Below are positions 10,427 through 22,300 of a stretch of 64,000 bases of DNA, piece by piece. The stretch is taken from assembly GCA_035084275.1 (NCBI GenBank), contig CM068762.1, positions 11,842,001 through 11,906,000 of the forward strand. The letters run 5' to 3'. The position numbers and the translations under genes were made by a program. Under the pieces are notes generated by a model. It worked only from the letters and a program-made list of their open reading frames with translations, made no database searches and was not told the DNA's origin. The stretch is from Hydrolagus colliei. Taxonomy: Eukaryota. Position 1 is the first letter of the stretch; the number at the start of each line of letters is the position of its first letter.

Positions 10427-13400
10427 TCAAGTATTGTTGTAAATAGGCTCGTCGTCAGTGTCAGATGAGGGTGTAGCTGGTATTCCACGCTTTGCCTTTG
10501 CTGATCTCTGAACAAACTGCATGTCTCCAGTAGGCAACTGTGTGGCTGCCTTGCTGCCCCCAGCCACAGAACGAACTGGCTTCTCCTGCGTGTTTGCGTA
10601 AATTGAGTCGGTTTCAAGCTGGAGTTAAATTGCACAGGTTAATGCAACCCTCAGACACAATTTGCTTCATGCATAGCAATAAATTTGCGTTTGATATCAC
10701 ACCTATAATGTCATGAAGTGTACATTAAACTTCTTACCTCATAACGATTCCCTGCTCCACATGTGTCAGCGGTTCTTCTTTGTGAAGCAGCAAGACAGGA
10801 ATCTTAGACAGAGGAAAAATGGTCACAAGAATCAACAACTGTCTCCTGACAATCTGCTACTAATCATTGACATGTTGGAAGTAAAGTTAAAGCCACAGAA
10901 AATCACTGAAATATACAGTACAGAAAAAGGCCATTTGGCCCATTGTGTCTGTGCTGGCTCATTGACAGAGCAATCTGTTCAGTCCCATTGCCTTTCCTTT
11001 TCCCCAAACTCCTGCCACTTATTGCTCTTCAGACAGTTGTCTAACACCCTCCTGTAATCTAATATAGATTCTGTCTCGACCACTGCCCAGAGAGGCATTC
11101 CACATCCTGTCTAATAACTCTGTGTAATAACTTTCCTTTATTCTCCTTCTTTTGTTAACTATCTGGAATTACTGCCCTCTAGTCACTAACTCACTGTTCA
11201 ATCCAAATAATTTCAACCTATCGACTCTTATTAAATTTCTAAATTTGCACCATGTCACTGTAGATTTCATGTGACCACTAAAGTGGAAAGTCATCTTATC
11301 AAACATTGTAGTAATAATAATCCTTGCATTTGATGTAGCATTTTTCATGTCTTCTAGATATCTCAAAGCGCTTCTTAGAATATGCTGTCACCTGAATTAA
11401 CCGTATGTTTGTGGGCGAAATGTGGCGCCCATTTGTTCACTGCAGCGTCACATAAACAGTCGTGGATTAAAAAAACAAATTATCAGACGTGTGAGATAAG
11501 CAATCTCGCGCAAGGTTGCACCCTGCCTAATATCGAACCCATTTCTCTCACTTTCAAGGCGAGTGCTCTAACCACTGAGCTACAGGATTCCAAATATAGC
11601 TCCTTATCATGTCTTCGAGACGCCTCAAAACGTCCCACAGAATATTCTGTGGAGTGAAATGACTGGGCACGGTGTGGAATAACGTATATAAATGTCAATA
11701 TAAACCATTGAATCCTAATGAGTCAGACACTCACCGCGCTTCTTCCTTTGCTCCCTGAACACAAGTACAGACAGAATGACTGCGATCAGCAGCAGCCCCA
11801 GCAATCCCAGCACAATGTACACCAACCTACAGAGCAGACAACAAGAAGTGACAAGGCTTCTCGACACACTTACACCTCTTTGCAAAGTTTGCAAAACTAT
11901 AACACGTAGACGAGGGCTCGTTTTGCAATTGCGTGAGCTACAGTTTGGTGAGGGCCAAGGTTTATGGGCTACATTCAGTAAATTGTGGGGTTTAATCAGC
12001 TTTCAGTGGCTAATTTATGACTGAAATGATTGTTTCTCGAGCTAGGACCACCCTATCCGTTAGTTTACAAGGTTAAAAGGAGATTAATGAGAAGAATCCT
12101 TGCCCTCTCTGTCCAGTCTACCCCTCCAAGACATAATGACATACGGAGAGATAGTTCCAATCCTACCTGTTGTCTTCAGGTTCACCTGGCATTGTGGAGG
12201 TTTGTGTGACAGTGGAGGAGATGCTTGTTGCTGGAACGTGTGCAGTTGACATTGGCGCGGTTGTGATCTCGGGACAGGAATATTCATTTCCTTTGAAGGG
12301 AAAGAACACAATTCAGATTTGCTCAACAGCTGCTCAGAGGAGAGCCCTGGCACCAACCTGCACCTCAGGCTTGAAATAACAGACAACACTTTCTCTGTGA
12401 TTGTCACTGGGCTGGTCAGCAGGAGACAATAGTAATAACATTAATAATCTTTGTATTTGACATAGCGCATTTTATTGACGTCTCAAAGTGCTTCATAAAC
12501 TGTACTATAAAGTGAATTGACACTACATTTGTACTACTGACACGCTCACCATTTACACTGTTAATTTACTGCCCCACCATCGCCACCCTACATTCACCCT
12601 TTGGAACAACATCCCACAATCCCTTTGCCTCACTCCAACCCTGGCCTCTTTCAAGGGGCAACTCCACACCCTTCTCTTTGATCAGGCCTTCGGTTACCCT
12701 CATACCATTGGAGTTCCTGTGCCTTAGTGGTTAGAGCACTTGTCTTGCAAGCTGGGGAGACCAAGCTGGAGAGACCTGTGTTCGATTCCAGGCAGGTCAG
12801 GCTGAAACCTTGGGCAAGTTTCCTTACTCCACACAGCTAATAATAATCTGTCCAAAAGAACCATAATACAGTAATAAAATTGGTCATTTCAATCCACGAC
12901 CCTGTTTGTGGGACGCTGCTGTGCGCAATTGGCTGCCGCGATTCGTCCGCAAATATACAGTCAATTCACTTTACAGTATATTCTGTGAAGCGCTTTGGGA
13001 CGTCGATAAGATGTGAAAAGCGCTATATCAAATGCAAGGATTATTATATTATTATTATATACCATCTTCCTCCCTGAACTCCAACCTCTTTATCCCAACC
13101 CCAGGTTATGGTGAATCTGTCTAGTGCTTTGGGACATCCTCCTTGTCATAGACTGGTTAGTGGTCATCCATTTAGTACAAGGGACATAACATAATGGGTT
13201 TGTGCAGTGTGGACAATTTCTCTATTGATTGAATTAACTAACCCGAGACGCCAGTCTGAATGGACATTATTTGTTTCTCATGAATCCTCTGATCAACACT
13301 GTACTCACCAATGCTGTTGATTCTAACCAGGTAACGGCACGTCTCATTCAGGAACTGTAAACCTGAGACTTCAACCATTTCACTTTGTCGTGTTCCTTTG

Positions 13401-16400
13401 TTATTTGAGGCTGTGCAGTAGCACTGGTGAGACTGGGAGATGGAGCCACATTGTATGTCTAGTTTGTTGCTGTGAGAGATCACTGAAGCTCCAGACTGTG
13501 TCTCTCTGTACCATTGATACTGAATGGGAAGGGATCCACTGATGGACTTACAGGAGATGGAGACATTACCTCCTGAACACGAGGCATTGGGAGCTGATAA
13601 GAATCTTAGCTGAGGAACCGACACAGGCTCTGTGGGGAAAGAGACAATCAGTCACTGGCTGACAGATTCTAATTCCTGCATTGGGACTGTTTACAGGCTG
13701 TCATAGAATAAACAACTGACTTCTCATGGAGTCTGACTTGTGTTATATGTGACAGAGCTTCTTAAGGTAGGAAATCATAACTTTCTGTGGTGTAAACTGA
13801 GCCAAGCTGAAGTACTGATGAGCTGGGTATGTGCTGAGTTACACATTGTGTTTGTAACGTGTCAGTCAATCAGTCAAATTAAAGTGAATGGTTTAAGGTA
13901 CGGACAGATATGTGCAGCTTTTTTGCAAACATTGTATTTTCCATGTTAGACTCACAAGTAACAGTTTTACACATTAAAATAAGAACCAATAGCTCAGATA
14001 GCTTACCGTAGGATATGTCTAGTCTTACAGCAAACATTGAATCTTTGCCATTCTCTTCAATACCACAGTTATACCATGCTACATCTGCCGTGGTGAGATC
14101 CTTCATAGTCACAGTAAATACCCCGGCACTGGTGTTATCTGCGATTGAGTATTTTCCGCGTCGTCTGTTGTTGTCATTTGTCTGAATTCGAATCGTACAA
14201 CTGTTGCGATACCATCCCATACACCAATATTTGAAGTATGAACGGTAATATTTATCATAATGACAGTTTATTGTGACCGCTCGGCCCACAACTCCTGTTA
14301 CAGCAGCTTTCCCCCATATTGCATCTGAAACTAGAGACAAAACATCACCAATCAAACAAACCATAACTGCTCAATACAAACACTTCCTTTAGTAAACGAT
14401 TCCCAACTGTGTACAGACTGTGAGCACCACTGCTCTTAGCCATACAGTTGAACGGCTAGTGTATTGTGATTGGGGTTTAAGCATTGATCACTGAGGCTGG
14501 ACGCTGCTGTTATTGCTGTTTGTTCTGTATCAGGTCTGGGACAGAGGAGCTGATGACCACACCCGAGGCTGATTTCTGGAGCCCTGTCAAATTCTCTTCC
14601 TGTTTCATTATGTTTCATTGTATTTTTCAGGAATGTCGTGATACTTCATTTTCCCCATTAAAAATGTTATTTTACTTATTCTGAGTGTGTTTAATAATAA
14701 TATTCCTTGTATTTGATTTAGCACTTTTATAAACATAGGAATTAAGAGCAGGTATAAGCCATTTGTCTCTTTGAGCCTGCCCCGCTATTCATTAAGATCA
14801 TGGCTGATCTTCTTACCTAACTCTATCTGCCAACTTTATCCTCATATCCCTTAATCCCTCCACCATTTACAAATCTATCAATCTCAGTTTTCACATCTTC
14901 TAGACATCTCAAGCCTGAATTGGCTGTATATTTGTGGGTGAAATGCCAGTTATGCACAACAGTTATGGATTGAAGTGACCAAATTGTTATTTTTTTTCGA
15001 GGAATTATTATCAGGCATGTGGAGTAAGGAAACCTGCCCAAGGTTTCGTCCTGCCTGGAGTTGAACCCAAGTCTCTCGCTTGCAAGACAAGTTCTCCACA
15101 ACTAAGCTACGGGACTCCAAGACTGATATTGATACACAAAAACAAAAATAACAAGTTATATTTGTATAGTACATTTCATGTCAGGAGAATGTCCCAAGTC
15201 ACTGAAATATCTTAATCTAGCAATCAAAGTGTACTTTTGGAAAAAAAATCACATTAAAAGCTAACCATAGAGTTCATGAGGCACAATAAAATCTGATTGC
15301 TTGATACAATGTTTAACATTAATCGTGACCAATTTTATTTGGTGTGAGTGACCGTTTGTCCACATAGTGCAGTGGATACGGCCTGCATTGCACTGCCTGA
15401 AAGGTTGGAGGAAACAGATTCAATAACAATTTTAAAAAGGGAATTGGAAAGGTACTTGAAAAGGAAATAGTTGCAGAGGTAGATGCAGGCTTCTTGTATT
15501 AGCTGTAAGATTAACTCATCAGCAATCTCACCGGACTGTTTTGCTTTGTTATTTGAGGCTGTGCAATAGCACTGGCGACACTAGAAGGTGGAGTCACATT
15601 GTAAAAATATATAATAATTCTTGCATTTGATATAGCGCTTTTCACATCTTATCGACATCCCAAAGCGCTTCACAGAATACACTGTAAAGTGAATTGACTG
15701 TATATTTGTGGGCGAAACGCGGCAGCCAATTGCGCACAGCAGTTTCCCACAAACAGTCGTGGATTGAAATGACCAATTTTATTATTGTGTTTTTTTGGAC
15801 GGATTATTATTAGGCGTGTGGAGTAAGGAAACCTGCCCAGAGTTTGGCCCTGACCTGCCTGGATTCGAACACAGGTTTCCCCAGCTTGGTCTCCCCAGCT
15901 TTCAAAATAAGTGCTCTAAGCACTAAACCACAGGGGCTCCACTGTATGTATGTGCATTGTATGTCTAGTTTATTGCTATGAGAGATCACTAAAGCTCCTG
16001 ACTCTGTCTCTCCATTCCATTGATACTGAATGGGAAGGAATCCACTGATGGACTCACAGGAGATGCAGACATCACCTCCTGAACACGAGGCATTGGGACC
16101 TGATAAAAAATTTAAGCTCAGGAACTGACAAGGGTTCTGCGGGAAAGAGAGAATCAGTCACAGGCTGACAGATGCTGATTCCTCTACTGGAACGCTTAAA
16201 GTTTTAGAATAGAGAAGTAACTTTTTATCGTATCTGATTTGTCTGAAATTAGAAACAGCTTCTTATGCTTTCAAATAGCGTCCACCTCAACAAACAGACC
16301 CATCTGTGATTTACTGTCTCATCCAAAGGACAGCAATTCCAACACTGCAGCACTCCCCCCAGTGTTGTCCTTGGGAATAGCCCAGACAGTCAGCTCAGAG

Positions 16401-17042
16401 CCCAGGCAATCAGCTGGAACCATAATCTCCTGATCCAGAAGTGAGAGTGTGACCAACAGAAATTGTTAGTGAATCTGTTTCCTCCACCCTTTCACCCACA
16501 AATACATAGTCAATTCACTTTATTCTGTGAAGTGCTTTGAGACGTCTAGAAGTTGTGATAAGACGCTATATCAAAATGCAAGGATTATTAATACCATATT
16601 ATTATTACAGAAGTGCTGAGGAGCTGGCCGTGCACTGAGTTTACACATTATGTTAGTAAAATGTATCAGTCAAATAAATAGGATAAAGTGTGGTCAGATA
16701 TGTGTAGCTTTACACAAACATTATGTTGTCCTGATTACTCTCACTTGTAACAGTTTTACACGATAAAATAAGAATCAATAGCTTAGATACAGTACTGTCA
16801 GATATGTGTAGCTTTACAGCAATCATTTGATTAAAGGCAGACTTCTTAATACCAAAACGATATCATCCTGCATCGATTCAAGGTTGCATTAAAACTACTG
16901 CTCAGTTCAGCCAATAACTACATTGCATCATGAGTGACTTGTACACGAGAGGCACAATGTAAACCTGGAACATCTGGCTGCTCAACTCTGGGTGTGACTG
17001 ACCTGAAAGGGAAGAGAAGAGAAGAATCAAGGTGATGTCCAT
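10427..17042 (-). CDS. Immune receptor gene C (CD300/pIgR/MDIR-like): leader-V-C2-stalk-TM-cytoplasmic, ~383 aa
   Basis: Exons (minus): 17042-17003 leader MDITLILLFSSLSG; 14324 (or 14330)-14007 V; 13629-13309 C2; 12290-12167 stalk; 11826-11735 TM; 10802-10738; 10618-10427 last exon. All AG/GT, total 1152 nt, no internal stop. Confidence 0.8.
10823..12421. repeat. Right arm of the inverted duplication (partner 381-1980)
   Basis: Reverse complement matches 381-1980 almost base for base. Confidence 0.95.
12714..13055 (+). mobile_element. Full-length tRNA-derived Deu-domain SINE (head-duplication variant)
   Basis: tRNA head with GCTGGGGAGACCAAGCTGG duplication, Deu core CTGCTGTGCGCAATTGGCTGCCGCG, L2-type tail. 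Confidence 0.85.
13309..13629 (-). CDS. Gene C Ig C2-type domain exon
   Basis: EPVSVPQL...VSISCKS...IQYQWY...CYCTASNNKG; 321 nt, phase 1-1. Confidence 0.9.
14007..14324 (-). CDS. Gene C Ig V-type domain exon, CD300/pIgR-like
   Basis: AVTINCHY...FKYWCMGW...SCTI...FTVTMKDLTTADVAWYNCGI; the extra KYWC...C cysteine pair is typical of CD300/pIgR/TREM V domains. Confidence 0.92.
15530..16136 (-). pseudogene. Decayed C2 exon paralogous to 13309-13629, split by a SINE
   Basis: EPLSVPELKF (+1 T frameshift) ...NASCSGGDVCISCESISGFLPIQYQW...KLDIQC, then the SINE insertion, then ...QCYCTASNNK. Confidence 0.85.
15604..15953 (-). mobile_element. Full-length Deu-domain SINE inserted in the pseudo-C2 exon
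   Basis: Complete head, core and tail; flanked by a CATTGTA direct repeat (probable target-site duplication). Confidence 0.85.
16795..16880 (-). pseudogene. 3' remnant of a V exon
   Basis: DAG*YRFGIKKSAFNQMIAVKLHISD (cf. DVAWYNCGI...AVRLDISY); the flanking intron resembles the one after the V exon at 14007. Confidence 0.65.
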
Positions 17043-17319
17043 CAGGAGCGATGGGAACAATGTCAGTTGTGTGGAAGCTCTCAACGTTTCTTACTGAAAA
17101 TACAGCTTGTGTGTTAAAACAGGAACTCAAGCTCGTCAAAACACCCTTCCTTTCTATTGGTGAGTTTTATGTGGTCTTCAAACCGCTGAAAGAAAGATAG
17201 AATATCCTGATTCAATTCGGACTGACCAGACTTGGATCATATAATGAGTGAGTGATACCCAAGAATTGAGGTAAAGTTTCTCTCAATGGCCTGCTTTGAG
17301 ATGTTTCAATACCGTACAA

Positions 17320-17680
17320 CAACAACAAAATTTCATTTATAGAGCGCCTTTCACATCAGGAGTACATCCCAAAGCGCTGAACAGTCAGGTCGGGACCCGA
17401 GCACGGGGGGAAGGGTTGGGGTAGGGGGAAGGGGAAGGAGAGTAGGAGAGGTGAAAGAGTTAGGAGGGGAGTAGAAGGCACAATCAAAGAGGAAGATCTT
17501 GAGACTGGCTTTGAAGGAGGAAAGAGAGGAAGTGAGGCAAAGGGATTGCGGGATGGAGTTCCATATTATGGGAGCAGAGAGGCTGAAACATCGGCCACCG
17601 ATGGTGGGGCGATTAGGGCGGTGGATGCGGATCAGGCCAGAGCCTGCTGAGCGGAGGGGCCGAGCTATAAACATCACAAA
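17320..17680 (-). mobile_element. L2 LINE 3' end (ORF2 C-terminus, 3' UTR and tail)
   Basis: PNRPTIGGRCFSLSAPIIWNSIPQSL...SSFKASLKIFLF, followed by AGCGCTTTGGGATG...GTGAAAGGCGCTCTATAAATG(TTG)n. Confidence 0.85.
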
Positions 17681-18073
17681 TCCACCTAATTCAGATTTTT
17701 CGCCCGCCAGGTTGGATCCCCATTGAGTCTCTTATTGTGTCAATAATCCTTGCATTTGATATAGCGCTTTTCACATCTTATCAACGTCTCAAAGCACTTC
17801 TCAGAATATACTGTAAAGTGAATTGGCTGTACAGTATATTTGTGGGTGAATGTGTTGCTTGGGTTATGCTGAAAAAGCGAATAATTAATCCATAGATGTG
17901 TATCAAAGAGCATTTTACCTATCAGTTTAGAAATGGGTTTCATTTTAGTGATATTACTGAATTGCTCAGAAAAAGTACCAAACTCTTACTTGAACTGTGG
18001 GAAACCTTTTATATGAAGAATTAACAAGAAAGGATTATTGTTAAATCATGAATTTAAAAAAGATAATCCTCAC

Positions 18074-19387
18074 CGTGCCTTTTCTTTGAACAGTAAATGC
18101 CCCAAACCAGAGAAATAAGCAGGGCAGCAAATAGGACCCAGCGTAGCCAGTTCCACAGGATGCAACTGGGCAAAACCACAGAACAAAACAGTCAAGTCGA
18201 AAAAGAGACAGTTTCTGCTTGTGACAAACACCACAATTTTCTTAAATTCTGACTGTGGACATTAATGCAAAAACTATCAGACATTGACCTTCGGCTGCGG
18301 ATTACACTTTTGTCTCATTTGAAGTTTTAGAGAAAAAGTTAAATTGCGAAATATACAGGGTGAAATTCATGTTTTGCGTATTGAGCCATGAGCCAATTGC
18401 CCGAACATTATTCTCAGTCAAGGTAACAACAACACGTTACACTTGTAAAGCACCTTTCACATTGGGAGGGTGTACCAAGGCGCTGGACAGTCAGGGATTG
18501 GTAACAACACACACACACACAAGAAGGACAGACGGAAATGTTGACTGTGATGTGCTTGTATGACATTGGATTTCTTGTGACAGTGGAGGAGATGCTTGTA
18601 GCTGGAACATGTTGACATTGGCTTAGTTATGTTCTCGGGACAGGAATATTAATTTCCTTTGTAGGGAAAGAACACAATTCAGATTTACTCAACAGCTGCT
18701 CAGAACAAAACCCTGACGTCAACCTGCACCTCAGGCATGATTGTGCAAATTTTGGGCAAGATCAGCAGCTATTCTGGGCACTGCGATGTCCCACAAACAG
18801 CCATGAAGTATAATCATATTTGGGAATTATTGACCAGGACAGCCAGGGATTCAGACCCAAGCAGCAGAGATGGTAGGGGGGAGGTGGGGGGTGGGAGGTT
18901 GGTATTAGGGAGGTGGTTGGAGAGCAGGGAGAATAGCCAAAGGCATGGTCAAAGAGTAGAGCCTTGACATATATGATCAGATATTTCTTTTTTTTCGCAA
19001 ACATTGTATTATCATTAGACTGACACATAACAGTTTTATAGAATAAGAATCAATAGCTCAGATAGCCTACCGTCAGATAAGTGTGGCTCTGGAACAAACA
19101 ATGGACCTCTGCCAGACATCTCAATTCCACAGCAGTACAGTACCATCCTGTACCTTTCAGCTATAGATGCTACATACTGTAGTTACATCCCGTCTCTGAT
19201 GTTTTCTGTGATCGAGAATCTCCCTCGTCATCTATTGATGTCACTTGTATCAATGACGGCATCACAAACGTAGTGATAGTATCCCCAACACTAATATTTA
19301 AGGTTTGACTGGTATTTCTGTTTATCATAGTTACAGTCCATTTTGACTGCCCAACTCCTACTACAGCAACTATTGCCCATAATGCAT
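18074..19387 (-). pseudogene. Immune receptor gene D pseudogene (V, stalk, Arg-containing TM)
   Basis: V exon 19387-19071 with a frameshift and stops (KY*CWG, NR*RGRF); stalk exon from 18656 begins GN* (TAA); TM exon 18165-18074 is intact (CILWNWLRWVLFAALLISLVWGIYCSKKRH). Confidence 0.82.
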
Positions 19388-22300
19388 CTGAAATTCAAGA
19401 AACAAAACTCCACACATCAAACAGGAAGTAGCTGTAAAAAACAGGTAATAATTAAGTTATCTTAGTAAAAGATTCACAAAAACTGTTTACACCACTTCTC
19501 TCATCAATACAGTTGAACTACTGGTATTTTGTGATTGGATTTTAAGCATTGATCCTTGCAGCTCAGTGATATTATTATTGCTTGTTCAGTACTGCAACAA
19601 GAAGGGACTGACAGTCACAGTTTCAGATTATCTCAAACTGGTCAAAAACCAAGAGTGTTCGACGCGTTTAGTTATTTGTAAAGCTATTTCCATTTCTGGA
19701 AACAGCATTTTGCTGTGAAGTTTAAAAGGGCAACCACAAGTGTGACATGGTTAACTTTGACACTTTTTAAAAAGATGACCTTTTTAAAAAGAGATCAAGT
19801 AAAAGTTTGGCAATTCTGTTGCAATTTTTTTTACAATTCTGTTTTTAACATGAGGTCTGAAATAATTGATTGTATCCCAATCAATAAAACCTTTGAATGT
19901 AGTCTGACTCCCCTGCCTTTCCACCACTCCATTTCATATTATTCTTTTTAAATATTTGTCCATTTCTGTTTTGAAACAATGATGGATTCTGCTTCATCCA
20001 CCCATGTCCCAGTAACTCCCTTTGTTGTTAACATTTTTAAGATTACATCCTCTATTTACCAACTGAGTGACCACTGGAAAAAGTTTAAATAAATGAATGA
20101 CTTGCATCTCATTGTTTTACTCAAAGGTGTAGCACATTTAAAGCTTTTAAAAAATTTAAACATGAATCTATTAACATTTATGTATTTCTTCTACTTCAGC
20201 TTTAAACCATATATCAAATAAAATAATAATAACCATGCATTTGATCTAGCACCTCATCACGTCTTTGAAACAGCTCAAAGAACTTCACAGAATATTCTGC
20301 AGAGTGAATTAATTGTATATTTTGTGGGTGAAACGTGGCAGCCAATTATGCACAGCAGAGTCAAGAGTTATACGTGGAAAAATTATCTGACAATCAACTA
20401 ATAATCAGGTTCCTACTTACTGCTAGGTAAATGGAAAATTGTAGAGTAAGGAAACTTGTTTAATGTTTTGTCCTGCATGAGAATCAAGCCCAGGTCCTCT
20501 TGCTTATGAGGCAAATGAACAACCAATATGCTGTAGGACACCACAACATCCTGATCATCATACACTGAACTCTGGTTGTCATTCACCTGACAGAGTGCAA
20601 ATGACAAAAAGTCAAAATATAGATAATTTCTTTTGAAGGCAAAAACAGAATACAGTATTTCCCAACAGTTAAGCAGCCTCTGAACTCCCTTCATGAAGCT
20701 ATCAATTTTGGTACAAACATGAAACGGAAGAGGGTGGTAGCGTCCAGTCAGATGATGTATCCTGTCCAGTGTTCTGTGGTTTATACCATTTTTACATTCA
20801 CAGTTACACAGTTCAACAGCTTGGGTTGCTTGCAGCTCATTGGTTATTTTAGCTATGCCGTTTGTTGATGTGTTATTGCTGCACAGTGGACATTTGCAGA
20901 AAGTGTTGCACATTAGAATTTCACAACTTTTATCGAAAACAAAGCCTAAGCATAGAGCTGCCGGTGGCCAATCATTTACAATTTCCATTTTCTTATTACA
21001 CATGGTTGAAAACAAATTAGTTTTGGTGCTTCAAAGGCTGCCAAAGATGCAAATTTTGAATTAAATCGATATTTAGGAATAGATGTCTGCTTGACTCAGT
21101 TGATTGTGTTCTTCCTGCCTGGACGAGAAAGCTGCAGGCTCAAGCCCAACGTCAGCACTCTTAGCTTAGGCTGAGCTGTCACTGGAGCAGAGGTGCTGCC
21201 CTTCAGAGGTTAGTTACCTCTTGCAATGGAATTTGTAACATGTACCTTTGATCATAGCTGCTGTAATATTACATTTTATTCATTTTGAAATAGAACACAA
21301 ACCCTTCCTGGCTTGTTTGGGTATTGGAACCAGTTTTGGGTGAAAATGGAGCACAGAATAAAATGAAGACCAGTTAGCCCATCATGCCCAATCTTTCCCC
21401 GATCACCACACAACCTGCCCTATTGTGGACTTCCCACCTCACCTAACACATTTCCCTGGTAGGAAAGCTCTGCATTACTTACTCCCTGAAACCCACAAGA
21501 ATTCAAACAACAATAATTGCCCATCTCCACATCTCAATTCATGATACGTTTAATTCACTTGACAGTAGGACATCCCCGAAGTGCTCCGGATCGCTACTCT
21601 ACGTGAAGAGCACTACATCAATGCAAGTTGTTGTTGTACATTCTGGGAAGAAGCCCTTTGAAATGTCTCGAAAATGTAGTAAGGTGCCATATCAAATGCA
21701 AGGTTTATTATTATTTATTATTACTTCTGCGAGTTACCCTTTAAACCCCCAAATCCTAAAGAAAACCAAATAGTGAAAGGAAAAAGAGACTGTGGGTGGC
21801 CAAAGATGGAAGAAGTCACAGAGGGGATCCCTTCCAAAAATAAATCTGTTTGCAAATGCTCCAATAGTAAGCTCTGCTGGTGAAGAACTGAAATTGCAAA
21901 TTGTACTCAAATGATGAAGTCAATAATATTGTATGAATCCCACAGATCTGAAAACCAGCATCGACTCCGGAATGTTAAATATAAAAGGCATTAAACACAC
22001 CTGTTGCAAAGTGCTTTCTCAGCTGTGCAACACAGCACCTTCATCTACACGAATAAAGACAAAATGTCTATCTGTCTGTCTGTAAAGAACTTAATAACCA
22101 AATGACATGAATTATACCTCGTCGGAAAGGTCTTCCATGTGGGAGGGTCATGGGCATATTTTTCAGGATCTCCTATCATTGATGAGCTATTTATGCGACA
22201 AAATAGTGACAGAGGTCACACATCTTTCTAGAGAGATATGTCTGTGCTGTATTGATGAAGATGAAATGTCTGTCTGTGTGTCTGTCTAACCGACATGATT

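Noticed and set aside
20413-21015. 200-aa minus-strand ORF
   Set aside because: No recognisable domain and it overlaps a SINE remnant. A possible degenerate leader exon of pseudogene D (donor at 20587, internal stop) lies within it but is too weak to call.
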